From Anolis carolinensis (taxonomy: Eukaryota): DNA of 64,000 bases. This document shows, in pieces, positions 12,971-25,280 of this stretch; position 1 is the stretch's first letter; every line of letters starts with the position of its first letter. Position numbers and translations under genes: made by a program. The stretch lies in contig NC_085845.1 of assembly GCF_035594765.1 (NCBI RefSeq), forward strand, positions 33,164,024 to 33,228,023, written 5' to 3'. Under the pieces are notes generated by a model, which searched no databases, was not told where the DNA came from, and was given only the letters and a program-made list of their open reading frames with translations.

Positions 12971-13953
12971 GTTGTTGTTCAGTCAGTGACTCTTTGTGAC
13001 CTCATGGACCAGTCCATGCCAGAACTCCCTGTCAGCCGTCGCCATCTTCAGCTCCTTCAAGGTCAAGTCAGTCACTTCAAGGATACCATTCATCTATCTT
13101 GCCCTTGGTCGGCCCCTCTTCCTTTTTCCATCCTTTTTCCCCAGCATCATTATCTTCTCCAAGCTTTCCTGTCTTCTCTTTATGTGGCAAAAGTACTTCA
13201 TCTTGGCCTCTAATATCCTTCCCTCCAGTGAGCAGCTGGACATTATTTCCTGGAGTATGGACTGGTTTGATCTTCTTGCAATCCAAGGCACTCTCAGAAT
13301 TTCCCTCCAACACAATTGAAAAACATCTATCTTCCTTTGCTCAGCTTTCCTTATGGTTCAGCTCTCGCATCCATAGATTACTACAGGGAATACCATTATT
13401 TTTACTATGCAGATCTTCATTGGAAGTGTTATGTCTCTACTCTTCACTATTTTATCGAGATTGGTCATTGCTCTCCTCCGAAAAAGTAAACATCTTCTGA
13501 TTTCCTGGCTGCAGTCTGTGTCTGTAGTAAACTTTGTGCCTAGAAATACAAATTCTGTCACTGCCTCCATGTTTTCTCCCTCTATTTGTCAGTTATCAAT
13601 CTGTCTGGTTGCCATAATCTTGGTTTTTTTATGTTTAACTACAGCCCAGCTTTTGCACTTTCTTCTTCCACCTTGGTTATAAGGCTCCACGGCTCCTCCT
13701 CGCTTTCAGCCACTATAGTGGTATCATCTGCATATCTAAGGTTGTTAATGATTCTTCCAGCAGTTTTAACTCCAGGCTTGGATTCATCAAGTCCCGCACG
13801 TCGCATGATGTGTTCTGCGTACAAGTTGAATAGGTAAGCGTGAGAGTATACAGCCCTGCCGTACTCCTTTCCCAATCTTGAACAAGTCTGTTGTTCCGTG
13901 GTCTGTTCTTACTGTTGTTACTTGGTCGTTATACAGATTTTTCAGGAGACAGA
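12971..13953 (-). mobile_element. 5'-truncated RTE-BovB LINE fragment
   Basis: Frameshifted RT pieces GVRQGCILS, LFNLYAEHIMRRAGL, INNLRYADDTT and RRSNQSILQEI; (CAA)n tail; TSD-like CAAATTACTT (12961-12970) / CAAATTGCTT (13954-13963). Confidence 0.9.
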
Positions 13954-15249
13954 CAAATTGCTTAGTCCTGAATATTGTCAACTCTTGCACCTCCCTATTG
14001 TGCCTTTACAATGAAGGCCTGGATCATTAAAAAAAATAAACCCTAAATCCTTTGAGTTTGAGATAATAACTCCACATTATAAAACAATTCTGCTATATTA
14101 GCTGGTTATTTGTGTTTCCCATTTATTGATTGCAAAGGTAAGACAGTGAGTTTTATGAAGCTTTGTTATTTGCTATTCCATAATGCAATTATTGTATATA
14201 TATTTATTTTTCTGCCTCTAATAAGTTTCCCTATTATACAGCTCAGATGCTGTTTCTTTTCCTAAGACACATTATTGCCCGAGTTAAAATATTCCTGATG
14301 TGTTTATATACTCAGAATGTGTATAAATTCATATATGTGTTTACCTGATAACACTCTTTCCAATAAACTGCATGTGCATCTTTGTTCACAAATATGGCTC
14401 TGACACCATTAACCCTCCTAACCAAAATACACCCATGTTGCATCCTCCTGAAATTAATGGGATGTGGGAGATGTCTTAAAAAATAAGATATTCCTCTGAT
14501 TCTTACGGTTCATAGGGCAGGAAAAGCATGATTACAGTTTTTGTTATGACCACTAAAATTTGTGGATGAAATTCCTCTGTCACATGTGGTATGAATTTGT
14601 GGATGTGTGGAGAGATTTTCAGATTATAGTTTATTAACCTATAAATAAGTTTCCCAGACATTTAATGTTTAAAATATGCAGTTCTCCCACCATTTTCTCA
14701 GTTCCTTGCATTGCAAATATTTTGTGTTCCTTTATCATTTCTAAAAAATGATAGAACTCTCCTAATTAAATGCTGTCTCCTTAAGTATAACAAAGCTGTT
14801 GACTGGGAACACAGTGTCTCAATTTCTCTTTAATCTCTCACTTTGTCACTAGATGCGTTGCTCCAACCAATTTCAATATTACCAAGGACCTTTCAATCAC
14901 ATTGACATATATTCAAAACATCTCACTAAAATTAATACATTCTGAATTTCAACTACTATATATTGAATATGTATTAACCCATGAAATCATCTGAATGAAA
15001 CCCAACATAAGACAAGATAAGTAAGGGAGAGGAAATTTTTCACTTTTCCAGTAGATAACCTTTTCCCTAAAAGCGTAGGAAAATATATGACAAGGAAGTA
15101 TATCCAGTCCATCCATACTTATTTGATACTAAAGCCCACTGAGCAATGGAAGACATGTGATGTCATCAAAATATTAGGAAGCAATGCATGAAGTATTTGG
15201 ACTTCAGAAAATGGTGGACAGTCTCCAGAGTTAATGGATGTGTCTTCAG

Positions 15250-15471
15250 GTACATTTACACTGTAGTATTAATGCAGTTTGACACCACTTTAAGTGCCAT
15301 AGCTCAATGCTGTGTAATCATGGAAACTGTTGCTTGGTGAGTCACCAGCATTTTTTTAGCTAAGAAGGCTGAAGAATTTGTAAAGCTACAACTCCTAGGA
15401 TTCCATAGCATTGAGCCAGGACTGTTAAAGTAGTGAACAAACTACATTAAAGCTAAAGTGTAGCTGCATCC
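15250..15471. mobile_element. Old PIF/Harbinger-like MITE
   Basis: Ends GGTACATTTACAC / GTGTAGCTGCATCC with a palindromic interior; related decayed copies near 20483, 20817, 22533 and 28785. Confidence 0.55.
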
Positions 15472-15748
15472 TTCATTACGGTGTGTAAGCAGAGACGAAA
15501 TAGTTGCTGTCAGGAATGCTATAGCAGGATATTTCCTACAATGACAGTAGAGTGAACTACATAAATTTTGAGACTTCTTTCAGCTCTATGGTTTTGTACA
15601 TAACCATTCACTATCAGGGCTACTCATTAATTATGTGGGATGTGTTGAGCCAGTGCCTCGCCAATGCCTCACTAGTGCCCCACCAGGCTGCAAACCCCAG
15701 AATCGTTTTGGATGCTGCCATGGTAATTAAAGTGAAATCTTAGCACTA

Positions 15749-16074
15749 GGTAAAGTTTTCCCCTGACATTAAGTCTAGTTGTGTCTGACTCTGGGGGTTG
15801 GTGCTCATCTCCATTTCTAAGCCGAAGAGCTGGCATTGTCCGTAAACACCTCCAAGGTCATGTGGCTGGCATGACTGCATGGAGCACCGTTACCTTCCCA
15901 CCGGAGTGGTACCTTTTAGTCTACCCACACTTGCATGTTTTCGAACTGCTAGGTTGGCAGAAGCTGGGGCTAACAGCGGGAGCTCACCCCTCTCTCCGGA
16001 TTCGAACCACCATCCTTTTGGTCAGCAAGTTCAGCAGCTCAGCAGTTAAACCCGCGGTACCATAGAGGGCTCCC
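15749..16074 (-). mobile_element. Sauria SINE (BovB-tailed tRNA SINE)
   Basis: tRNA-like head, body with CCAACCTAGCAGTTCGAAAACATGCAA, and an (ACCTTT)-type tail; flanked by a 61-bp direct duplication. Confidence 0.9.
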
Positions 16075-16282
16075 ACATGACTGCAAATCCCAGAATTGTT
16101 TTGGATGCTGCCATGGTAATTAAAGTGAAATCTTAGCACTATAATTGTGTAATATGGAAGGACTTAGTGTAAAAATGTCTACATGCCTATTTATAGTAGT
16201 AGCAGCAGTATTATTAAAAACAATACAAAAACTATACAAATGCCTGGAGCGTTTAGAGTTGTCGGTTTCAAGTGCTATTTAA

Positions 16283-16605
16283 GAGCCTGAGTGGTGTAGT
16301 GATTTAAATGTTGGACTTAGACTCTGGAGACCAGGATTCAAATCACCAGTCTGCCATGGAAACCCACTGGGTGATCTTGGGTAAGTCACACACTCACTTC
16401 CTCAGAGGAAGGCAAAAAACCACTCTGAACAACTATTGCTAAGAAAAGCCCTTAGAACAGTGTTTCTCAACTCCCAAAAATCCCAGTCAGTTTACCAGCT
16501 GTTAGGATTTCTGGGAGTTGAAGGCCAAAACATCTGGGGACCCATAGGTTGAGAACCACTGTTAGAGTCACCATAAGTTGGAATAGTCTAAAGGTACACG
16601 ACAAC
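16283..16605 (+). mobile_element. Old tRNA/MIR-like SINE interrupted by a hAT MITE (16458-16560)
   Basis: A/B-box-like head and GGGTGATCTTGGGTAAGTCAC core; nested MITE with ends CAGTGTTTCTCAAC / GTTGAGAACCACTG. Confidence 0.6.
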
Positions 16606-19600
16606 CGTGAAGTATGATTTAATATATTACCTGATAGAAAGATGGATGAGAGGGTGGACAATAGAAGTTTAAATAGATGTGTGTATAGCTTTAATTTGTT
16701 GTAATTCACTCTGAACTTTTGAGTTGAAGAATAAATTATATTTATACTTTTCCACAGTTGGTATCAAACATGAATATACATTGTTCTTAAATCCACCATG
16801 CTGAGCCTATTAGATTGGATGTTGGCCATCTAACATGTTATGTGTCGTATTGGGTACACAGGGCACAATTCAGAATGAAACTTGGAAGCTAGTCTCATTT
16901 TTTCCTCATACCTGGGTGCACACACTAGTGTTATTTCTTTGCAAATTGTTTATCTTATCTCTTTGAAAACACTTAGGAGACTTAAAAAATACAGTCGTTA
17001 AATACTCCATAAACCTATCAACACAAATCAGCAGGGAAAACACAGATTTTTTGGGAGGATGTCTTGTTGAAACTAGAGTTTAGAACAAATTTAGAGGAAT
17101 TTAAGTACCATTAAAAACTAAAGCAGAAATGACGGGATATCTCTTGTGCTTAATAGGTATCAGCAATGATTACAGATGGATTACATGCCTGGAGAGAGAA
17201 GTCTATAACTGGAAGTGCCCAGATAAATTTCTAAGGAGGAAACATACAAAGAAAAGCATTAAGAAATTATTTATGCAAGCAACATCATTTTTCATACTGT
17301 AAGAGCATAGGCATCTGTCCCCAAATGAGCATAATCAGTAATTCAGTACAGGGTAACCTATAGTAGACAAAGGAATAAAAGGTGGGCAAGAATATGCAAT
17401 TACTTAAGTAGAAGAAGTATATTGCAGCAGTATTGGAAAATAATTGCAGATGATGTGTGAATTAGGCAGGTGTGTCTTTAAAATCTTTTCTGAAACCTCT
17501 GATCTCTAAAGCTATATCAGCAATATAGTGTATGAACTTCTAATACTAACAAGACAAAACAGTTACAGCAAGTGTTCAGTACAAACACATTTATCTAGAT
17601 ATGTTTTGGAGGGTACACAGTGGATGTTTGGTGTGGATTGGGTCCTAAAGGCAAGAGCTCATCTTTGATATCAACAATTCATCACTAAAAGCCTGAGGAA
17701 CCTTCAGATTGCTTCAGAGAAGCAAGGTATATATTGTAGAAAACAAGTTGTTGAGAAAATGAAACAAAAGCAAGTGAAGAGAAACAGCCGATGCTTTTCC
17801 AATCCGTTTTCCATCTATCTCCGACGATAGCGACACAGTGTAGGAGGATGGATAGCCTCAGCAGTAGCTTATAGAAAACATAACAAAACAAATCTTCAGA
17901 TAATACAGATATGAAATGAAGTGAAGCATAATAAAGAAAACAGGGAAGCCAATGTTTAATGTAGAAGGGCTATATATCTTGACCTGTTCTCTTCTCCTGG
18001 TCGCTTCTTAACAACCTCTAGAGAATGAATGCTTCAAAATGCATTCTCCTCTCAATGACATGAATGCTTCTAAATCTAAATCAAGTGTTATCATCACTGT
18101 AAATGAAAAAGGGAATTGCTCTTGCATTATTTGTTGCCCTCAAAGACCATTTGTTAGGTGAAGGAATAATGAACCTATGCTATTGAGATGTAATTCGGGA
18201 AGATACTTCCTGCACTCTCAAGCATCAGAAATAAAATCTTACAGTAAGCCTTGGCTGTGAACCTTGTTGGGAGACTGGCAGTTACCCAAGGATCCCAGAC
18301 GGATCAGGGCTGGATTAACCACAAAACAAAATAAGCAGGTGTTCAGGGCATCAAAGGGAGGGGGGAAGCATATAAATTTACAATTGATAAGATTTACCAT
18401 GGATCATATGATGCAAAACTGCAAATGGTGCAGCTGAACCAGGTTCCACAAAAAGGGACTCCCATTATAAAAAGGCTTTTCAAATATAAACAAAGTAGAA
18501 GCATACAAAATTAATCAATATTTTTCATATTAATGTAAGTTTTGTAACAGTTGAAAAACATATTTTAGAGTTTATTATTGTTTATATTTTGAATTAGATA
18601 TGTATGGGGCACTCAAATCTTTCATGCTTCCGGCCTCTAAAGGTCTTCAACTGTCCTTCTATGGATATAGGAGATTGTGCCAACAGCCCCTTCAGACCTT
18701 GCTGTTTTGTTGTGAGCAGTTGTTCTAGTAGATAATACTCACCCACATCATGTATAACAAATTAAAAAAGGACTGTGCATGTACAGAATGAGAAGCCTTC
18801 CTATTCATATGCACCAACAGTGGTTTATTGTGTTGTCAAAGGCTTTCGTGGCCGGAATCACAGGGTTGTTGTGAACATGGCCATGCAGCCTGGAAAACAC
18901 ACAACAACCCCATGGTTTATTGTGATACTGAATGTGCAACCTCGGAGGAATGGGCTGGTAGCTGCATCAGTCTTTTGAGGTGTAACAAAGAGTTATAGTG
19001 GTGTTTGAACAGTGTGATAAAGGCAAAATTCGGAAACATTCATTTTTGGAATGACAGACTCACCTCTCTGGAGGGTTATAGACGTTGTAGACCCTCAAAG
19101 GTGAATTCGGTGAATCAGAGGTCGGTCTCTATCATTCAGCAGACTGAGACAGGTACTTCATATATGTAGCTTATTCTGGATGACATGACAGAGAAATTAA
19201 TTACCAATGATTTATTATAGTATATTTTTACTACCTCTTGTCTTGAAAAAAGTCAGGTGGCTAGGTTAGTTGCTGCTCATAAGTTGCATCCAATCTTTTT
19301 TTTTCCTGAAATATACTGGGTTTTCTCCCTTGTACCCTTCCATGGATCATGTGTCACATCCAATCTCATGCAACTTTTCAGAAATTGATTTTCACCTATT
19401 TCCACAGAGTCTGCTTTATTATTCAGGAGTTTTCATCAAAGTGCGAACAATATTCCCATCCTCCCATATATATATTTTACAACATAAAGGGCTGCTCTAC
19501 TTGGTTTGACTCCTTCCACTACCATTTCAAGATGGGGGCTGTTTTCCTTCCAAAAATCAGTGCTATGGAAAAACCCACTACAAGCACAAGAGAAGAGAAG

Positions 19601-20288
19601 CCGTTCACTCACACAAAGCAATTCAAGTACACAATCCTGTTCCCAACCTTTGGTCCTCCAGGTGTTTTGCACTTCCATCCCAGAGTTCCAAGCTGTTAGG
19701 GGTTATTGGGAGTTGATGTCCCAAACACCTGGTGGACCAAAGGTTGGGAACCAGATTTGCACAGTTGCTCTAGAAGGCACAAGTGCTCACTCAGGAAAAA
19801 TTCTATTAAATTCAGCAAGACTTATTTGTAATTAAATGGATTTCAAGGGATTGCTCTGCATAAAATGATCGGACCTTTGGTGAGTTGGATGGGTTGAGGG
19901 GGAGGTGGGGGAGAGAGAAACTTGTACCAAATCAAATGGCCTCTTCCCAACCTCTCCAGCAGTATAAGAAAACTGGGACACTTTTTTCACACTATAAATT
20001 ATAGTGCTATTATTCCACTTTAATTCTCACAGCTATAACCACTGGAATCATAAAGCTTGAAGTTTGGGGAGGCACTTGGAGCTTTGGGACTGAGAACTCT
20101 CAATACTCCCTCCCTAAATTATATTTTATAGGATTCTGTAAGGTGGAATCCCAAGAATTAGAAGTAAAATCATATAAATACTTTTGCATAGTGTGAAAAT
20201 TATCCCAGGTTACTATAAGTTTACACACAAATCACAGCAAAAGCAGCACAACTTCAAAATGCACCCCAAAAATCATGTGATCCTTGTG

Positions 20289-20445
20289 TTGTCAAAGGCT
20301 TTCATGGCCGGAATCACTGGGTTGCTGTGAGTTTTCCAGGTTGCATGGCCATATTCCAGAAACATTCTCTCCTAGCCTTTCACCCACATCTATGGCAGGT
20401 GTCTTCAGAGGTTGAGGGATCTGTTGGAAACTAGGCAAGTGATCT
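20289..20445 (-). mobile_element. Penelope terminal fragment (hammerhead degraded)
   Basis: Homologous to 4248-4389, but the ribozyme core is mutated. Confidence 0.75.
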
Positions 20446-21486
20446 GTATTTAAGGAAAACAGTCTACATGCAATCCTCACCATAGGGGTTCATCTTCAGT
20501 ATAGAATCAACGCATTGGCCAAAATTTTTAACCGCCATTACCCAATGCTATGCCATTCTGGGATTTGAAGTTTGATGATGCAGCAGCACTCTTTAACAGA
20601 AAAGGCTAAAAGCCTTGTAATGCTCCAACTCCCAGGATCCCATAGCATTGACTCATGGTAGTTAAAGTGATACCAGGCTGCATTATATAATGAAATCACA
20701 GCAATCTCTTCACTTGGTGTGAAAATGGCTTTGAACAGAAGTAGCAAGCACTAAGCGCACCCCCCAAAATCATGTGATCCATATTTTAAGAAAAGAGTCT
20801 ACAGGCAATGAGCCATCTGAGGTTCATGTTTACTATAAAATCAGTGTGGTTGGGCACCACTTTTAACTGCAGTGTCTCAATGATGTGTAATTCTGGGATT
20901 TATAGTCTGGTGAAGCACTAGCATTCATTGACAGAAAGCGCTACAAGTCTCATGATCCCATGGCACTTAAAGTGATATCAAACTTCATTACAGTAGAGTC
21001 TCGCTTATCCAACCTTCGTTCATCCAACGTTCTATATTATCCAATGCAGTCTGCCTCCGGCCTGGATCCACAGCTGTTTCTCTAGGCAGGCAAAGATCAC
21101 AGATTTTTAAAAATCTTCACAGGACTGAACTTTTTACCACAAGTTGCGAGGTATTTTACAACACCATAAATAACAAGACCAGAAATGCAGTGACCAAGAG
21201 GAAGGTGGAAAGAGGAAGTCCTGATGGCTCTTCACCATAGAGAATGAAGCAACAGAACCCCTGGGACTGAATCCGAGCGCAACGTCAACCTCCAAGGCAC
21301 AAAAAAAACCCCAAAAAACTGGACTTCAAGACTACATACCTCCTTCTGGTTATCTTATTCTGTTCTCTCCTGACTCCAAATGGCATTGAAGCATTGAATG
21401 TTTGCCGTGTATGTGTTCTATGATCCACCCTGAGTCCCCTCGGGGAGATAGGGCAGAATATAAATAAAGTGTTATTATTATTATTA

Positions 21487-22245
21487 TATCTGTGGAATGT
21501 TCAGGGTGACTGAGAGAAAGAACTTTTGTCTGCCTGATGCAAGCTTGAATGTTTCAATTAGCCAGCTTGATTAGCACTGAATAGCCTGGCAGCTTCAAAG
21601 CCTGGAGTGTACTGTATACCATGCAGCTGTGGACAAGTCTACATAGGGGGCATCAAACGTAGCATTGCCCAAACATGAATCAAAGAGCATGAAAGGCACT
21701 GCAGACTAACTCAACCAGAGAAGTCAGCCATAGCAGAGCACTTGATGAACCAACCTGGACACAGCATATTATTTCAGAATACAGAAATGCTGGACCGCTC
21801 TCAAAACCACCATGTCAGACTACACAAAGAAGCCACTGAAATCCACAAGCATGGGGACAACCATGAAAATGAACAAAATCTGGTTACCAGTATTTAAAAA
21901 CTCTAAAATCTGGACAGTAAATAAAGAACAACACTAAAAAAAATGGGAACTCCAGACAGGAAACAATTAGGGACATCTAACACCTCCCAACAAAGGATTC
22001 TCCCAGACAGTAAGCAGCCAGACTTTGAAGCTGCAAGGCTATTCAATGCTAATCAAGGTGGCCAATAGCAACATTCACACTTGCATCAAACAGACACGAA
22101 TTTTTTCTCCCACCCTGGACCTTCCACAGATATTTAAACTTCCCTCACAACCTCTGAGGTTGCCTGCCATAGATGTGAGTGAAACGTCAGAAGGGAATGC
22201 TTCTGGAACATGGCCATACAGCTCGGAAAACCCACAGCAACCCAG
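21487..22245 (+). mobile_element. Penelope (Poseidon-like) 3' fragment with GIY-YIG remnant and inverted 5' segment
   Basis: From 21604 it translates GVYCIPCSCGQVYIG..KRSIAQT*IKEHERHCRLTQPEKSAIAEH (GIY-YIG endonuclease). 21487-21604 is an inverted copy of ~22020-22135. Confidence 0.85.
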
Positions 22246-22261
22246 ATTTGTGTGTGTGTGT

Positions 22262-22441
22262 GTGTCAGGAGGAACCTGAGTTCCTTGTGGAGTGAGAGAA
22301 TTGGCTGTCCGCAAGGACGTTGCCCGGGGGATGCTCGTCATCTGCGCTCTCCCCGGGTGAGATTCGAACCTGGCAGCCTTCAGGTCAGCAACCCAACCTT
22401 CAAGTCAGGAGGCTTTTATCCCCTAGGCCACCGGAGACTCC
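22262..22441 (-). mobile_element. Internally deleted CCTGACAC-tailed SINE
   Basis: Matches both ends of 23717-23982 with the middle missing. Confidence 0.75.
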
Positions 22442-22750
22442 TAGCAAGCCAGATATCAAACTCCATTATACAGTATGTGAAATCACAGCAGCCCCTTTGC
22501 TTACTGTGAAACAGTCTACAGCAGACACGGGCAATTAAACTGAATGCTGTGGAACCCTGGGATTTGTCCTTTGGTGAGGCACAGAAAAAACTAAAGACCT
22601 TGCTATGCTACAGTTCCCAAGGTCCCATAGCACTGCTCCATGGCAGATGAAGTGACACCAAAAAACTGCATTATATGTGAAAACACAGCAGTGTGGTGGA
22701 AATGTTTTTGGACAGCAAGTCCAAAGTGCGCACCCCCAAATAGTATTTTC

Positions 22751-22884
22751 CAGGCATGGGCAAACTTCGGCCCTCCTGGTGTTTTGGACTTCAACTCCCA
22801 CAATTCCTAACAGCCTACCGGCTGTTAGGAATTGTAGGAGTTGAAGTCCAAAACACCAGGAGGGCCGAAGTTTGCCCATGCCTG
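22751..22884. mobile_element. Young hAT palindromic MITE
   Basis: TIR CAGGCATGGGCAAACTT; 65-bp arms (1 mismatch) around a 4-nt loop; perfect 8-bp TSD GTATTTTC (22743-22750 / 22885-22892). Confidence 0.92.
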
Positions 22885-22889
22885 GTATT

Positions 22890-23640
22890 TTCGGAAAGCA
22901 GGCACTGAGTGGGTACAGAGGGGTTGTTGTTCCACGCACGCACCCGCGCCCCCTCTCCCTCAATTTGGGTCCCACGCCTCCCAGAGGAGACTCCTGCGGG
23001 GCGCCAAAGCTCCCCACGTCAGCGACATTGGCTCGTTTGCCCTCCGCGGAGGGAAGAGAGAGGAAGAGGAGAGCTTTCGGATTTGGCAGTGGCCGCACCA
23101 GGCGAGCATCCCTCCTCTCCGGAGGATCCGTCTCATCGCGGATCGGGCGGCCAGGGAAGGGCAGCCCCCACCCCCACCCCCACCAGGAAAGGGGACCTCC
23201 TCCCCCTCCCCCTCCTCCCTTCCTCGCGTGGGAGACGCAGCAGCAGCAGCAGCATCAGTTCCAGCATCCCGTCCAGGCGCCTCGCAAGGGAGGCTGTGCG
23301 TCTGGAGGCGGAGAGCGAATTCTCCTTTCTTCTTCTCCTTCCTCCCGCTTTGTACCCCATCGCAGCCTCCGCCGTGGGGTCTCCAGCCTCTTCCTCGTCG
23401 GCGGAGGGGACAAGCGCTTTCCTCGGCTTTTGCGGAGCCTGGAAAGGAGATTTCCAAGCGGCAGCGCCAGTCTTGCGGGGGAAGGAACTAACGGAGGAGT
23501 GGAAAGGCCACCATGGGGAGTCTGGAGGAGCAGGGCTTCAGGTAAGATGCTGCGGGGAGTGGGCGCCTCGGAGCCCTTCCCAAGTTGGGAAAGGCTCAAC
23601 TTCAGAGCCTTGATTCGGGTCTGCCTTTCCAATCCCGACC
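22890..23640 (+). promoter_or_regulatory. NDST3: CpG island / promoter of NDST3
   Basis: GC- and CpG-rich, non-repetitive island in an AT-rich background, ~8 kb upstream of the first coding exon. Contains CCACGTCA (23014-23021), an inverted CCAAT (23027-23031), a (CAG)5 tract and a strong splice donor. Confidence 0.8.
23100..23541 (+). other. NDST3: NDST3 non-coding exon 1 (start approximate; donor CAG|GTAAGA)
   Basis: Consensus 5' splice site at 23541/23542 inside the CpG island; vertebrate NDST3 has a non-coding first exon. The TSS cannot be determined from sequence. Confidence 0.65.
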
Positions 23641-23716
23641 AAAAAGTTCAGGGATGAGACTCCATATGGCTACTTCTCTCCCTCTCTCTTTCCTTCTCGT
23701 CATGGAAGGGGAGGCT

Positions 23717-23982
23717 TTTTTTTCGTGTCAGGAGCAACCGGAGTTGCTTCTGGAGTGAGAGAATTGGCCGTCTGCAAGGACGTTGCCCAGGGGACGCCCG
23801 GATGTTTTGATGTTTTTACCATCCTTGTGGGAGGCTTCTCTCATGTCCCCGCATGGAGCTGGAGCTGATAAAGGGAGCTCATCCGCGCTCTCCCCGGGTG
23901 GGATTCGAACCTGGCAGCTTTCAGGCCAGCAACCCAACCTTCAAGTCACGAGGCTTTTATCCCCTAGGCCACCGAAGGCTCC
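23717..23982 (-). mobile_element. tRNA-derived SINE with CCTGACACG(A)n tail
   Basis: Full-length copy with CpGs retained; TSD-like GGGGAGGCT (23708-23716 / 23986-23994). Confidence 0.88.
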
Positions 23983-24270
23983 TATGGGGAGGCTGAGTAG
24001 CCCTTATCCAAAAGGGATACTCCAGATTTCAGATTTGGAGAGATTTGGGGGAGATTGCCATTACACCATTCATGTATTGGTTTATTTACTGGTTTTTATG
24101 TTTAACCTTCTTTTTCTCACAATATAGGGACTCAAGCCAACAGGAAATATAAAATTATCTAGTGCATTGCCTGTTTCCCCAAAAATAAGACCTACCCTGA
24201 AAATAACACCTATCATGATTTTTCAACATTTCTGAGGATGCTAGAAATATAAGCCCTATTTTTTTTAAAA

Positions 24271-24838
24271 AGCCCTGGTAGCGAAGTGTGTTAAAGCACT
24301 GAGCTGCTGAATTTGCAGACTGAAAGGTCCCAGGTTCAAATCCCATGAGCGGAATGAGCGCCCGCTGTTATTTATTTATTTATTTACAGCATTTATATTC
24401 CGCCCTTCTCACCCCGAAGGGGACTCAGGGCGGATCACATTGCTCACATAAAGGCAAACATTCAATGCCATGACACAGAACAGAGACAGAGACAAGATGC
24501 AGGCACTGGGCTGGCCTCAAACTCATGACCTCTTGGTCAGAGTGATTTGTTGATTTGTTGCAGCTGGCTTGCTTTCCAGCCTGCGCCACAGCCCGGACCT
24601 GTTAGCTCCAGGTCCTGCCAACCTAGCAGTTCGAAAACATGCAAATGTGAGTAGATCAATAGGTACCGCTCCGGTGGGAAGGTAACAGTGCTCCATGCAG
24701 TCATGCTGGTCACATGACCTTGGAGGTGTCTACGGACAACGCCGGCTCTTCGGCTTAGAAATGGAGATGAGCACCAACCCCCAGAGTCGGTCACAACTGG
24801 ACTTAACGTCAGGGGAAAACCTTTACCCTTTTTACCTT
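24271..24838 (+). mobile_element. Sauria SINE interrupted by another SINE
   Basis: Head 24271-24370, body and tail 24605-24838; split by an insert with TSD CTGTTA. Confidence 0.85.
24371..24598 (-). mobile_element. L2-tailed SINE nested in a Sauria SINE
   Basis: Head GGTCCGGGCTGTGGCGCAGGCTGG, L2-like 3' stem-loop, (TAAA)n tail; 6-bp TSD CTGTTA (24365-24370 / 24599-24604). Confidence 0.85.
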
Positions 24839-24957
24839 ATTGTTAACCCTCCCTTTCTCCCAATATAGGGACTCAAGGCAGCCAACAGGAAATATAAAAC
24901 AATCTAATGCATTGCCTGTTTTCCCCAAAATAAGACCTACCCTGAAAATAACACCTA

Positions 24958-25280
24958 CAGTAGAGTCCCACTTATCCAAGCTAAACAGGCCAGCAGAAGC
25001 TTGGATAAGCAAATAACTTGGATCATAAGGAGGGATTAAGGAAAAGCCTATTAGACATCAAATTAGGTTATGATTTTACAAATTAAGCATCAAAATATCA
25101 TGTTATACAACAAATTTGACAGAAAAAGTAGTTCAATACGCAGTAATGTTATGTTGTAATTACTGTATTTGCGAATTTAGCACCAAAATATCATGATATA
25201 TTGAAAACATTGACTACAAAAATGGCTTGGATAATCCAGAAGCTTGGATAAGCAAAGCTTGGATATGTGAGCCTCTACTG
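24958..25280. mobile_element. Tigger-like MITE
   Basis: Same family as 3854-4176; TA TSD. Confidence 0.9.

Noticed and set aside
12524-13213. 229-aa + strand ORF
   Set aside because: No recognisable homology; its 3' third is antisense BovB sequence.
22535-23657. Several 165-261 aa ORFs on both strands
   Set aside because: By-products of the GC-rich CpG island and palindromic MITE; low-complexity, overlapping in all frames, no recognisable domain.
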